Below are positions 12,924 through 26,250 of a stretch of DNA of 64,000 bases, piece by piece (the first letter of the stretch is position 1; the number at the start of each line of letters is the position of its first letter). Made by a program: the position numbers and the translations under genes. Below the pieces are notes generated by a model. The model saw only the letters and a list, made by a program, of their open reading frames with translations. It had not been told where the DNA came from and ran no database searches. Source of the stretch: Saccostrea echinata (lineage: Eukaryota); contig NW_026889761.1 of the NCBI RefSeq assembly GCF_033153115.1, forward strand, positions 6,324,001 to 6,388,000. Direction: 5' to 3'.

Positions 12924-14656
12924 TTAAATACTGTTCTTACATATTTTACTTAACAGTTCGGAGGCCGGGTGTACTACCGGCCACGTCCGACTCGTTCCCC
13001 ATCATGCTCTAACTATTTCTACTTTTAACAGTTTGGAGGCAATGGCCATATCCAACTGGTTACTGTTTATTGTTGTTCCATGTTAATCCATTATAATCTT
13101 TGGGACTTGTTAATAAATTTGGAAACCATATTCCTCGTTACCTTGGACTTTTGTATGTGTTTTCGGGAAGAGCCCTAGAAATACGACCTTACTACTTCCG
13201 GCCCACAGCGCAACTCATTTCCCTGTTAACATTCCCTCTTACCCGTGAAACAACATATTATTTGAACCCAAACTACGCGGTCATAGTATCATACAGTCAA
13301 GTTGTGATGATTCCAGCCAAACGTTAAGATACTTCATTTACTGCATTTTTTTTTTTGCTATAAACTGCTTCAACATTATTAGATATATTTTCCCATTCAG
13401 TACTCTTACTATGCAGATTAGATTAAAATACTTATATATGCATCACCAATAAACCATTTCCAAAATGGATTCTCATATGACAAACTGTTCTTGTACTTAT
13501 ACCTGAAATATTTTTGTTAGAAAATCGAAAAAAAGAATTCTTATCTACAACTGCTGGTAAAGGATTCTATTTTATTATTCCTGTTTAACTTGTTGCGCCT
13601 CTGGAAGGATAATTTTTAACTCAGTCTATTAATATAACTAATTATTTCAATATGTGTTAACACAGTTTGCGTCGATTTCGACACAGAATGTTTGAAACAA
13701 AAAATGTGAATATATTAAACGCAATATCCAAAAAGTAATCATCCAAACAGTGTTTTATTACGTTTTGCATTATTACATTACGCGTTAATTTTGTTTCAAA
13801 ATGTAAAGATCCAGTATATTACATTTTACGTCGTTATGGCATTTTGCGTTGTAACAAAGCGTACTTCAGCCTTCGATGAAAAGTGTTCAAAATTTAAAAA
13901 CAGATGGGAAGTCAAATGAAATAACCATAAAAGTGACTTTTTATGTGAAAATTGTGCAACATCAATTCTTCATATATTCTACTGATTACTTAGAAGTTTT
14001 ATCAACAACTTCTTTTGTTTATATTTCTTTAATTATCTCCCTAGAATTTTGATTGCATCCCTATAATATTCTGGTAACCGAAAGTCCTAAGCCTATAAGA
14101 ATATTATGTGGCAAATGTGATGAATAAAGGGAATTAGAGATGGATATTTTTCAAACATGTGTGCACACAATACACAGATGACCATAGCATAAAAAACATT
14201 GTTTACCTGCAGTGTGTTAAATAGAGAGCCCTAATGACCTGTGATCGCAATAAAGGCATACAGGACTAATTAACGTGGAAAATGATCCCATGACATACAT
14301 TCTGGATAAACAGGTGACACAGACCTTATCAATAGTTTTCGGGAATTTTAAAGGTAAGTTATTTTTTCCCCTAGAAAACAGGTTTGATGCTCATACTACT
14401 GAGATTGTCAAAAAGAAACCTGTGTAATTTTACTGGAAATTATCTTATATTGATAACTTTAAAATTTGAATTTCCGTTTTTATGAGTTGTCCAAACCAAA
14501 CATATATATTGTTATCATTGAAAAGAACTTTGATTTCATGGCTCTGTTTAGACTTTCTGGTCACCAATTACTTTCATCTTTAAAAATTATTGAATTAGGC
14601 TATTTGATTTTATAATATAAACGTAAAATAAATAAATAAATATGAATATGCAGGCC

Positions 14657-15372
14657 GGAGCATGCTCTACGTACGAACAACCGCGTGGCGCAGTGGTTAG
14701 AGCGTCTGCTCTAGAGTCGCGGAGTAAGGAGTTGATCCTTACGTCGCAGGTTCGAATCCCACTGTGGGACGTGGAGACCGGTCCTTCGGATGAGACCGTA
14801 TAAACCGAGGTCCCGTGTCGCAGTAGGTGCTGGCACGAAAAAGATCCCTCACTGCTCAATGGCCGTAAGTGCCGAGTATAGGACAAAATTTGCAGCTCTC
14901 CACCGGCAAGTGGTGGCTTCTCCATATGAGTGAAAAATTCTCGAGAGGGACGTTAAACAACATACAAACAAACAAACAAACGTACGAACAATTTCGAAAA
15001 GGAAGCAAGCAAGCAAGCTATTGATAAATGATGATGATACAAAGAATATCAACAGTCCCGTTTAAAGTCATTTCTAAAATTCTATGGTCAATACGATGAC
15101 CTTGATAGCAAATACAATTATCTTAAGTCCAATGTTGACTGAGATTGTTAAAGCATTATTTTCACACTGAATTGTCTACGGATTTTTCCGTCTACCCGAT
15201 CATAACATGTAGCACACGGAGGATTTGACCGGTCCACAGAGGATGCTTACTCCTCCATGGCACCTTATCCTACCTCTGATGTTTTCAGAGGTTCCTGTTT
15301 GCTCTGCTCCCGATCTGTATTGTTTCAATGGACCTTTGAGCTTGATTACTGTTCATTATCTTCATATATCAT
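14657..15372 (+). mobile_element. Penelope-like retroelement 3' fragment (RT thumb + 3' region), interrupted by a SINE
   Basis: Degenerate (R)ACSTYEQF...RLKSF.KFYGQYDDLD coding remnant, then GATGCTTACTCCTCCATGGCACCTTATCCTACCTCTG, shared with copies at 29830-30680, 36447-37000 and 37040-37515. Confidence 0.75.
14681..14979 (+). mobile_element. Full-length tRNA-derived SINE (Meta-type central domain)
   Basis: A-box TGGCGCAGTGG (14686-96), B-box GGTTCGAATCC (14749-59), core GTCCCGTGTCGCAGTAGGTGCTGGCACG...CCCTCACTGCTCAATGGCC, (CAAA)n tail, perfect 12-bp TSD ACGTACGAACAA (14669-80, 14980-91). Confidence 0.92.
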
Positions 15373-16665
15373 GCAAATAAAAGTGTGACTTCCAACATTA
15401 TCTGTGAAAAAATGTCAATGGCATTTTTGTAAAACATATATTTGCTATCGTTTTCTTGTAGAAACATTATATTTTTGTTATATACATGTCTCATGAAAAA
15501 GTATCAATTTAATAATACTAAATTTATATCATTAATTAGGATTCTGGATCACCTGTTACTGGTCAACCGTGTTTTATGATAATCATTTTATTAAAGAAGG
15601 GAGGTTTTACAGAAAATAGATTCATACTAAGATGTCATCAAGAATTAACTAAATAATTATAATTTTCATTGATTTGTCACTAAAGATTTCAATATAAAAC
15701 AATGTATGGTAATCCTTTCTGAAATTCTTTCAAATCAAAGGGGAAAAAGAAGACTTTTCTATTTGAATCCATGTATGTTGAAGATATTATGAAGATTATA
15801 TAATTTAGAAGATTTATATTACACTCAATAAACTTTGACATTTTAACATAGACAGGGCTTGATTGAAAATTCGTTTACAAATATTTTATATTTCGATTCC
15901 TGCAGTCATTCCTAGAAAATAAGAAACATCTATATATCCCTGTAATATGCAAAGTGCGAAGTTATTTAGTTTGGTATACGAAGTGTAATAACTACTACGA
16001 TATCAATTTTATTGATGAATTTAAAGACACAGATAATAAAGTAAACAAAAGGTAATAATATGGGTCACCTAGTCATGACATCTGATATGGTAGTAAATAT
16101 TATTTTTCCTTGAATCGACAAATTATTACTTTAACTTTTCCCAGCTACAATTTCTAATTTTACTTATCAGAAACCAAATAAAATGAGAAAGAATTTAACA
16201 GAATGTTGAGTTTTTATGTGATATTAAAGGCAGTTGTGCAATGTAATCATACTTATACATGTGACTTTGCATGTGATAAATCATACCTTGGGAACATGTG
16301 CGGTGGTACCCGGATAACATATCTATGATTTACCAAACGATGATTTGATGTTCTAACATTAAAATAATTGAACTTTCATTCGGAAATAATTCTCTTTACA
16401 GTAAGTATTTTACATGATTGCACCACGATTGCATACACATTTATTTATGTGATATTCAAGGAAGATAGTCTCGACAATTTGTTAGTAATCAAAACAGGAA
16501 ATATTTTCCTTCACGTTTCAAAGTTCGATAAATTTTTCCAATGGGAGGATGTAACTTCGGATATAATTGGAGACAGACAGACACGTGTAACGTTGCTTCA
16601 TTTTTAACTTAATTTGAATTGCATTTTCACAAATATTTAACTCATGAACATATGTTTCAGGCAAC

Positions 16666-18040
16666 ATGCTCGTCATTTATTTGAGTTTGGGTTTATTTTG
16701 CGGTTGTTTCGGTTACCCGTCTGGAGCACCTGAATCGGCATGTGATAACATGACCCCAGATCACGGCGTTTCTCCTCAAACGACGCCAACACCTTACGAC
16801 ATCACACTGTCAGCTTCTAAGTTAGCTGTTGATGAAAATCTGACAAGTACGTCTTCAAAAAGAAATCTATTGATATATAAAAAATAATAACTTTGACCTT
16901 ATGTTGTGAATTTCGAATCTGAATCTGGTATGATCATGTTTTTATTGGTTCTTTGATTATATCTAAACAAAGAGAGGGATAAAAGAAATGATAAAATGTA
17001 CAATCAACCTTTAATTGCACATATGATTGAAGTTACTCAGGTTAATAATCTAATTTTGAGAAAGTGTTATTATATTCCTAACTGTATTTTTGTTTTTCCG
17101 TTCAGTTTCAATTTCTCCTAAAGATGGCAGGACGACATTTAAAGGTTTTCTAATAGAGGTTTATACAGACTTGGCAAGTCCAGTAAAATTTACAGATGGA
17201 GAATTTACGGTTCCTGAAAACGCTCATACACAGTGTAATGGGGTAAATTATCTACACTATACATTTATTTGTTCACATTCACATACTGAAATCAAATAAT
17301 TGTGAAACTTACTTTTGTTCAGTTCAATTTTGCCTATAAATTTTCACTATAATGCTAGTATGGTACATACTTGAAAGATTTTGAAGAATATTCTTTAATT
17401 TTATGCTTTGACTGCAGGGTGCCACGCATTCTAATGCAAACCCAAAATTACTTATTAGTCTTTCTTGGAAACCGACTGCAAGTTTTACTGGAAAAGTTAA
17501 GTTCAGGTAGTTTGACAAATATATATTCAACAGACAAATATTTGCTTTGTAAAATTCAAGTTTTTCTAAGAAATATTTCTGAAATACATGTACATATAAT
17601 GCTAAGCTTCTATGATGTACATTTCTTAATTAGGGGGTACGTAAACATTGATGAAAAAGTAGATATTGTTAAATATCCTTCAGGCTACTCCGTTCTAAGC
17701 TATGTAACTAGAATTTTTTAGTCTTGACAGTGCTGCTCCCAGTAAATCAATCGAAATAAATGCCTGAATGTCTTTTGTAAAGGGAAATTGTACAAAACTG
17801 AAGTGTCTGTTCATTTTTTTTAATTCAGGGCCACAATTGTACAGTCCTATACAATATTCTGGAAAGACATTGAGTCCAAATCTCTAAATGTGGATTACTT
17901 TCTTCCATCTGCAGCTCCTGTCACGGTGGTATGAGTCTATACGAGCAATTATGTCATGTCTTGATTGAATTCAGAAGCTAAAATAAACAATGAAAAAGAA
18001 TAGAAGGAGTAGCTTTAACCGGCAAGCTTCGATGAAAAAA

Positions 18041-18085
<45 letters not shown>

Positions 18086-21000
18086 GAAACGTCCGTTGAA
18101 CATATCAACACAAATGTTTTTAATTTCTTGATTTTGTGATAAAGCTTGCCATTTTTAGACACCTAACGACCAACCTCGCTGTGAGAAAGGTTTTGGTTGC
18201 TTCAAATCTTGTCCTAGTGAGTCATGTGACGGCGTCGTCCAATGGAAAAGGAGAGAAAATTTTGTCGATTTCAGCATTATAATTAGCTTAGAAAATCCAA
18301 ACGACAGATGGATCGCTATTGGACTTTCTCCAAATGGTAAAATGGTTTGTATTTGTCTTACTTAGTCTGCTAGATTTTATGTTGTACATTTTCAAGGCGT
18401 CATCTTCTTGAACATCTTTCAGGCAAAAAAAATCTCAAGAAATATGATACCCTTACCATCCCTTTATTATAATTATATTTATGTTTTCCAGCCAAGAACA
18501 AGTGTCATGATGTGTATGCATTACGATGATAAATTTGAAGTTTTGGACGGAATAAATAAGGGATATACTTTCTCTATATTGCCAAATGTAAGATTTGCCT
18601 ATTTTACTTTACGTTAGAATTACATCTACTGCAGTAAAGTAATTATAACTGTTTATGATATGGTTAAATAATCTTCAGTTTTAGATGAAGAGTAATTTTA
18701 ATTTGAAAAGGTAGAATATATTTTCCAATTTCTTAAATGTTCGAATCTCTTTTCAGAGCACACTCGGGTTGTTCAACATAACTGCTAATGTTACTGGTCA
18801 AATTATGAAATGCTCTTTTTCAAGAAAAATCAATGTCTCTGAGGATTCTGAAGATGTTTACAGCTTAAACAAAAAATACTTCTTGTTGCTCGGAAACGGA
18901 CCGGTCAAAAACGGTAAAACTGGTGACAAAATTTTATACTACGCAGTTGTATTCATTCATTAACTATCAAGGATAATCTTCAAACAAAAAGTGCCGAATG
19001 AGAAAATTTCGTTCCATTTTTATCATTGTTTGTTATACCTTTAAAAATTTGTTCCTATATAAATCAATACTAATAAAAGTCTAACATTTCCAATGTTTTA
19101 CGGAGCGGGCATAAAAAAATCAATGTTTGACCGCAGAGTGAGATATTGGACCTGTCGATGAGATGTTGGACCGCTTACGTCACATAATGGGCGGGGTCGG
19201 CTAAATCTCATTTGCATTCGTTAGTGGTCGACATACATGTATGTTCAAAAAAAAGATAAAATATATAATTAAAGGTATAACAAAACATTTATTGACTGTG
19301 TTCTCGGGCAAAATGCGTTTTGTCGACCCCTAACGGCCTCAGGCAAACAGTTTGGTTCTTGGGTCCGACAAAACGCATGTTGCCCTCGAACCCAGTCAAT
19401 AAATGTATAATATTGGATCCATAGATATTCTCATACATATAACTAACAAGCAAAAACGCCTAAATTCATTTATAATTTGAACTTTTTAACATAAGCAAAT
19501 AGTAGTATTATGGATGTTGTTTTTCTAATACACAGCTGTAAATATAACTACACATTTTAATTTCCATCCAAAGTGCATGTTTTATGTAAATATTAATTAG
19601 TGGGTAAAGAAAAATAGTAAGATTAAATACAGCCTTTTTTTCTTCACAGGAATACCTCAGCAACATGAGAAAATTCCTGAAGTCAGTGGCGGAAAGGTTA
19701 ACTTTCTGTTGAATGAGGATATTAAACCTCAGGAACCATCAATGCTTCTCTACAAATTACATGGTGAGTTTTCATATGTACAAAAATCATTTTCGTATAA
19801 TTATTGTCATATCAAAAAGTTTTATTGGATTTTTATGATATCTATGTAAACATAATATATTTCCCCAATTTGTCAAGTGAAACGTTCTTTCCCTTGCAGG
19901 TTATTACTTTCTGAAATAAATAAATGGAACCTTTTTTCAGGAAGTTTAATGATATTTGCATGGATATTTCTGTCCAGTATTGGCATAATAACTGCCCGCT
20001 ACTACAAGTCGGAATGGAAAGATATGATGCCGTGCGGAGTCAAAGTCTGGTTTGCTGTAAGTCAACGTTAATAGATTACCCTTGTGGTGCAAATAAGCAT
20101 TGAAGTATTTTTGCAACATCTATATACCTACAAAATGTTCATATGACAATCGCATCCCTGTTTCATAAGCTATTTTGTTTCAAAACACCTGCATTTTATC
20201 TGTATTTATTAAGGTTACTTACAAATACAGGCAGTAGTTTCAATATTGTTATGCTGTTGTTTTCAGATTCACAGGACAGTCATGTCACTCGTGTTTCTTG
20301 TTACCACAGGAGCATTTGTATTAATTTTTATTGAAGTCGGTTCCCTTCTTCAGGTATATTTCCGTCATTTTCAATAATTATGCTTTAATTATTTCATTTA
20401 TTTCTAATAAAAGATCTACATATTATAATATGAATCTATACATAGGCTGTATTCGACGACGTCTATGTCTGAGTTTCCTTTGGATCTCTATCTTTCGTAT
20501 TTTATTTTACTTTCTGATCTTATTAAACAATCAATAAAGAGTATCAATTCTGTATTATTGTTCTCATTCACAGTTGCTTTTTTTAAACCTTGGAAATACT
20601 ATGTACAATATACATGCAAATATCAGTATTTATAATTTGATTATTGGTAAGGAAAAAGAAGGGAGCGTCTACCTGAGGTACCATCCAGCACTCGGAATAT
20701 CAGTCATGGCATTGACTGTTGTAAACGTGTGTATAAATTTGAACTATTCTTTCAATGATAGCATAATCTTTGTATTATTTTTGGAAGAATCAATGAAAAA
20801 TTCCGGATTTGGAGGGCGGGGTTTGATTTCTCATCCTTTAATGTCGACATCTATTGTTTCATGGAAAAATTAATGTGAAATTTTCTGTGTTTTTCGTTTT
20901 CGTTCCATTCCTGACATAGTTCGAAGGCTTATTTAATAGATTCTTTAATTTTTTTCAGCCTGTTATGGCTCTATTCAGATGCAGTCCCGGTCACAAATAC

Positions 21001-23234
21001 AGGGAAGTCTTTCATTATTCCCATATGTTTGTGGGAACGTCTGCACAGATCTTAGCAGGTTAGTATTAAAAGTTATAGAAAATAATTGATAGAATTAAAA
21101 TCTAGTTTATTTGTAACATGAACTCAATTGAAGTTCAATAGGCTCAATGATCTTGAAAGTGGCCTGAGTTTCATGAGTTTCAAGTGCTGTAAGAAACAAA
21201 GTTCTACCTGGGACTGAAATGCTATCTTCCTGTGACATGAATGTTGAAATTTGATGAGGACTCATGTTCATGATATTATTATAATGCATGAATCTTTTCC
21301 TCTTTAACTTGCTTTAGAATAAAGACGATTTCCATAAAACAAAATGTAATTTAATATATCAATTCAACCATGGGGTCTGGATCCAGGGAACGTGAATTTC
21401 ACATTATTGGTAGCAGTTTATATACAATTATATATCTGACCGAGGGCTGGATGCTAGATGTTATAATCATGCGATCAAAATGAGTCCGAGATTAATGAAG
21501 ATTTTAAATTAATTTGAAATCTTCAACGCTATTTATTTTCAACAAATGTTAACTTCACCCTGGAATATGGAACCAGGGAATATAGATTTCACAACTCTTC
21601 TATAGGGTTTGCTGCTATTGTAATCGTCTATGCAATTTTCCCGATATATGTTCATGAGTATAGAAGATTTTCAACGTTCTGTAATCTATGCAAGTTAAAC
21701 ATGGTAATAGAATGTTTTAAAAATTAATCTTTCATATATCGTTCTATCATACACTGCATTGTTTTTGCACGATTATTATTATTATTATTTGGAATTTTAT
21801 GTATTTTTCAACTACTGAAACAATGACAATACAATGATGACCAAACTAAAAGTTTTGGTCAAAATAAATTAGATTTGACTATGAATTTTTCTTCATTTTT
21901 AAAAAAATATTTTTGTAAAAGTTATATGAACAAAAATATTAATTGGATTTAGTAATAATCAAAGTACCAACTCATTAAAGTAGCATAAAAACTTTAAGCT
22001 ACGCTTTTAAAGGTGCTTGGACACAGATTTGAAGTTAATATTTTCTCAAGTTTTCGGTATAATATCATGACTTATATGTTGCTATAGCATTTCAAACGGA
22101 AATAAAATAAAAAAAACTTATTTTATCTGGAAATTATTGAAACTACAAATTTCGGGACGCGTTTGATTGATACATCCTAAGCACTTTCATAAAGCAAACT
22201 TTATCCTTAATACTCAAGAAAAGTAAAATTTTTGTTGTGAATTAATGAAACTTATTCAAACTATAATCCAGGAAATTCAAAGTAGAAATGCAAGAAAGCA
22301 AAACCAACTCACCAGTATTGTCAGTCCGTGCTCAGTGATGTGTGCAGAATTTAACAAATTGAACACACCCGGTGAAACGTAAACATTAACAATTTAATCA
22401 TTATACCGAAAATTTGAGAAAATATTAACTTCAAATCTGTGTCCAAGCACCTTTAATTAAAAGTTAAAATATCAGATTATCTCCAAGATTTTTATTAATT
22501 AAGTTCTCGTATTGCAGTATTTAAATTTTATAATCTTTTATATTACCTGATTTCTTTTGCAGCTGTTACGATATATTTTGGAGTGAATCTAGAAAAGTCA
22601 GACACACCAGAGGAGGTCTCGTACATCGTTATAACGTATATAGCCACTTATGTCATCATTGAACTTATATTAGAATCTGAAAAATATTTCAGAAATCGTG
22701 GAGGTAAATACATAAACTTAAATGGAATATTTTTATTAATAATTTTGATTGTATATATATTGTTATCATTATTATTATTATTTATTTCGGTTTACAATCA
22801 TTGTATACTGAAAATTAAGTATATATTTGTAGATAACTCAGAGAGACAGATTCTTCTTAAATCGGCTGCGAATGAGTATCCTTCATCAAAATCACAGTCT
22901 AAAGTACGTAAACAAAAATAATGAGTATCCTTCATCAAAATCACAGTCTAAAGTACGTAAACAAAAATAATGAGTATCCTTCCTCAAAATCACAGTCTAA
23001 AGTACGTAAACAAAAGTAATTCAGTATATCATTCGCATCATTGTAATATTTTGTGTATGAATTTTGTGATTTAAAATGGTCATACAGTGACGAGAAATAA
23101 TAGCCCAATACCCTGAGATAAGATTATTCTTTCTTTTATAGGTGAATGGTGTGAAATTATCCATCCTGATGCTCCATGTTCTGTGTATGTCAGTGTATTG
23201 TCTAGCACTTATTTATTTTGTAGCATCGGCATAG
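16666..23234 (+). CDS. FRRS1: Ferric-chelate reductase 1-like, copy A (signal peptide, Reeler, DOMON, cytochrome b561; 580 aa)
   Basis: 15 GT-AG exons: 16666-16846, 17106-17242, 17418-17506, 17829-17928, 18159-18344, 18492-18587, 18757-18913, 19650-19763, 19941-20056, 20267-20353, 20652-20726, 20959-21058, 22563-22703, 22833-22903, 23142-23234, total 1743 nt open frame. Reeler GYPSGAPESACDNMTPDHG/FKGFLI; DOMON WIAIGLS..GKM; b561 His in KLHG, IHRT, YHPA, SHMF. Confidence 0.93.
19030..19406. mobile_element. Hairpin-containing repeat in FRRS1-A intron 7
   Basis: Palindrome 19285-19406 (ACATTTATTGACTG...TTTTGTCGACCC/GGGTCCGACAAAA...CAGTCAATAAATGT). TGTTATACCTTTA/TAAAGGTATAACA inverted pair at ~19031 and ~19270. 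Confidence 0.65.
22011..22452. mobile_element. Kolobok-like element, internally deleted copy of the 12146-12923 family (FRRS1-A intron 12)
   Basis: TTAA|AGGTGCTTGGACACAGATTTGAAG...CTTCAAATCTGTGTCCAAGCACCT|TTAA. One full arm plus ~50 bp of the other. Confidence 0.88.
22871..23017. repeat. 49-bp tandem triplication spanning the FRRS1-A exon 14 donor site
   Basis: AATGAGTATCCTTCATCAAAATCACAGTCTAAAGTACGTAAACAAAAAT x3 (22871, 22920, 22969). Confidence 0.95.
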
Positions 23235-23257
23235 CAAGAGCGAATATTTCTGTTATC

Positions 23258-23260
<3 letters not shown>

Positions 23261-23304
<44 letters not shown>
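23261..23304. repeat. (AG)n microsatellite in FRRS1-A 3' UTR
   Basis: Uninterrupted AG run shortly after the stop codon. Confidence 0.97.
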
Positions 23305-23306
<2 letters not shown>

Positions 23307-26081
23307 AAATGTGGATTGTTAGATATTTTTTGATAGATCATAGACTCATTTGTTAGTTTTCCTGTTACCAAGGAATGTGTGTCTTTTCTCTTATTACACA
23401 TGTATTATTTATGCAAACAATTACAGCAAGGTACTCTTTTAATTTTTATCAAGAAATATAGATCTACTCTTACGACTTGTAATTGAGAATATACTTAACA
23501 TTTCAAATGAATTAGAATAATTTTTGCAATTATTAAAAAGAAAATAATAATGCATTGTATTTGAATATAATACAAAATTGGGATTCTTTAAACGCGTGTT
23601 AAACAAAAATAATTGAAGATTTAAATATTGACTTAAATCTGTTCTCATTTTATGTCCTTGTGGACAGCTTGGTATATATGTCATATGTATGATATAGTGC
23701 AATTTACTCTGAGAACTTCTCTTCTACGTAATAATTTGATAACAATATCTTGTTCATACCCATTACTTTAGAGTGACATTTTTTTTAATTTTTATTCTTA
23801 AGACCATTTGTTACAATGAAATTAAACTATTTTTTCTGTAACACGTATACTTATGCTATTCTTCAGATTTTTGCTGAAGAAAAATTGTCATTGTAAAAAT
23901 ACACATGTAAATCAAATATAAAAATCCCAATGTCTCCATGTAGTTGAATGCAATTGACTATTTCTTTAGATTCTTTATCTAGAATTCGAAATGTCAAGCA
24001 CATTATATTAATCATATCTATTGTCTTTTATTTATTTGTGCAGTTAAGATTTTAGTGTTTTAACCAAATATTTCACTTTATTTTGATTTTTTTTGCACAT
24101 GTCACGATTCGTAGCATGTTTTTGTTACATATGAATATGTTGCTGACTAAACATATGTTCCTCATATGATTTAATAGATCAGCATTTTAAATTTTCTTTT
24201 TGTGTAACGAGCATTTAACAATGGGACTGTTACGAGTCATTTAACACTACCCTTCTTACTTTGATAAGAAATTGAATAATACATATGTTAAGATGAGATT
24301 ACAGCAGTACATTGCACTTTTACCTTATCTATGTTTCCTCAACTATTATTTATATTTCATCTTAAGATTGATAGAGATACAGGTCGCAATAATTAAAAAC
24401 TATCTGTGATAATAACATTTTTACTAATAAATTTTTGAAAATATTTTTTCTTCAAGTTTTGACATTACATAGACGAGGACATGAACATACCACTGGATAA
24501 TTATTTTCCGCTATCTTTAGGACTAAAATCATTGTTTTCCTTTTAAGGAATCTTATTTTATATTATAGATAGATTGTGCTATAAACAAAAATAGTAGGAC
24601 CTTCTAAATATATTTCTGTTAATAGTCTACATATAGAATAGATGTCGATTGATATTGATTGAGTGATTATTATTTCGATATATATTTTTGCACCAAGAAC
24701 AGTGCACGTACATATGAAATCCTTTGTTATTTATTTATTTAAATCGACTGTGAGCTTGAATACTGTTCGCTATCTCCATATTTCATGCATTAAAGTGTTC
24801 ATAGCAATGAAAATTTGCATATCGTATATGACGATCCTGAAAACGTAAATATAATTATAAACTAAAAACCAAATAATTACGAAAACGATACATCAACACA
24901 GATTATATGTGTTGTAAGATAGAACACGACAGACCAAAAAAGAACAGTCAATATATCTGCTACCTGATCATGTTTAAAGGGATAATGATTTACCAGGTGG
25001 ATGGTTATATAACTTGTCAAAATTAGTGTCATCATTGTGTTTTGTATTCAATCGAATCACATCACGTGGAATGGTATAATTCAAATAAATCCGTAAATAC
25101 ACAGGTAAAGAAATTACTGAGTTATAAATAAACTTGTCATGTGATGTCTTAAGGCAGCGAGAATGACAGTATATACTTATTAACATGAAAATTGTTCCCA
25201 AGACTAAAAGGCCTTGATATGTTTAATGAATGGCAATGAATACAATAAAAAATTATTGAAATAAAGTCACTACTGTGCTCTGGTTATGGTGAGAAGGAAC
25301 TATGAAAGAGCTGGAATGATTTGAAATATACTGGAAGTTGCAAGAGGTGAGATCTATTCTTATATCTAATTTATTTTCAATGCTAAAACGACAATTACTG
25401 AAGAACTTAAAAGTGATTATATAAGAAATAACATAATTATATTATGTAAACAGATCGATAAATTATAAAATTCATATCTTAATTGACCAGACAGTGTTTT
25501 GTGCATTGATTATATAATTATTTTTTCGATTGTTACTATTAACTTTTATTAAAATAGTACAGTAAAAATTTCTGAAAAAATGTGATTCCGTTCACTGCAA
25601 ATGATCAGTTTCAAAAATGTACAAATATTCATTTCTTATTACATATAACATATACCTTAAATTGATTACGTCTTCAGTTAAAATAGAAACTATTCAACTA
25701 ATGTCTTACATTGAAATGTACAAAATTAAAATGCCATTATGTCGTTACTGCATTGCACTGTAACCAGTGTTTAATGCTAATATCTTTAATATTAAAATGC
25801 AACACTATTTAATATTAAAATGCAAACTCTTGGTCACTATAAAGGAGGCCATAATTAAATATTTACATTTGCTGTGTTTTTCTACTAAGCGAACTGTGAA
25901 ATTGATTTGAAAGTCATTTTTGTGTATACTCATGCGTAGAAATATACACAGTGAAACTCGTGCTAAAGTGACGTCACAATGAGGCTGCAGAGACGTTAAT
26001 AAAAATGTAACGATAAAGGGCAGCAAGATATTCAAATATTGAGTATATAATTGGTGCTTTTAAACTTGTAAAATGTAAATA

Positions 26082-26250
26082 TAAGGAATGTTTTTAAGCT
26101 AAGTGTGAATTATTGGTGAGTAAATCACACAGACTTGCACGCAGGCATATTTTTCATGAAGCGCTAGCGCGCTTCATGAAATATGCCTACGTGACAAGTC
26201 TGTGTGATTTACAAACCAATAACTGACACAAAACTTAAAAACATTCCTTA
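26082..26250. repeat. Palindromic hairpin repeat with GC-rich centre
   Basis: TAAGGAATGTTTTTAAG...TCACACAGACTTG...TTCATGAAGCGC TA GCGCGCTTCATGAA...CAAGTCTGTGTGA...CTTAAAAACATTCCTTA. GTGACGTCAC at 25968-77. Confidence 0.8.

Noticed and set aside
13591-13856. TGT...ACA-ended element with short internal repeats
   Set aside because: TIR very short and flanks (AACT/AAGC) do not form a TSD.
14681-14770. tRNA gene
   Set aside because: Acceptor stem not intact; continuous with a SINE body, tail and TSD.
14587-15052. ORFs of 112 and 67 aa
   Set aside because: Antisense readings of the SINE.
18044-18081. Long poly(A) run as a retrocopy tail
   Set aside because: No upstream retro-sequence or TSD; treated as a simple homopolymer.
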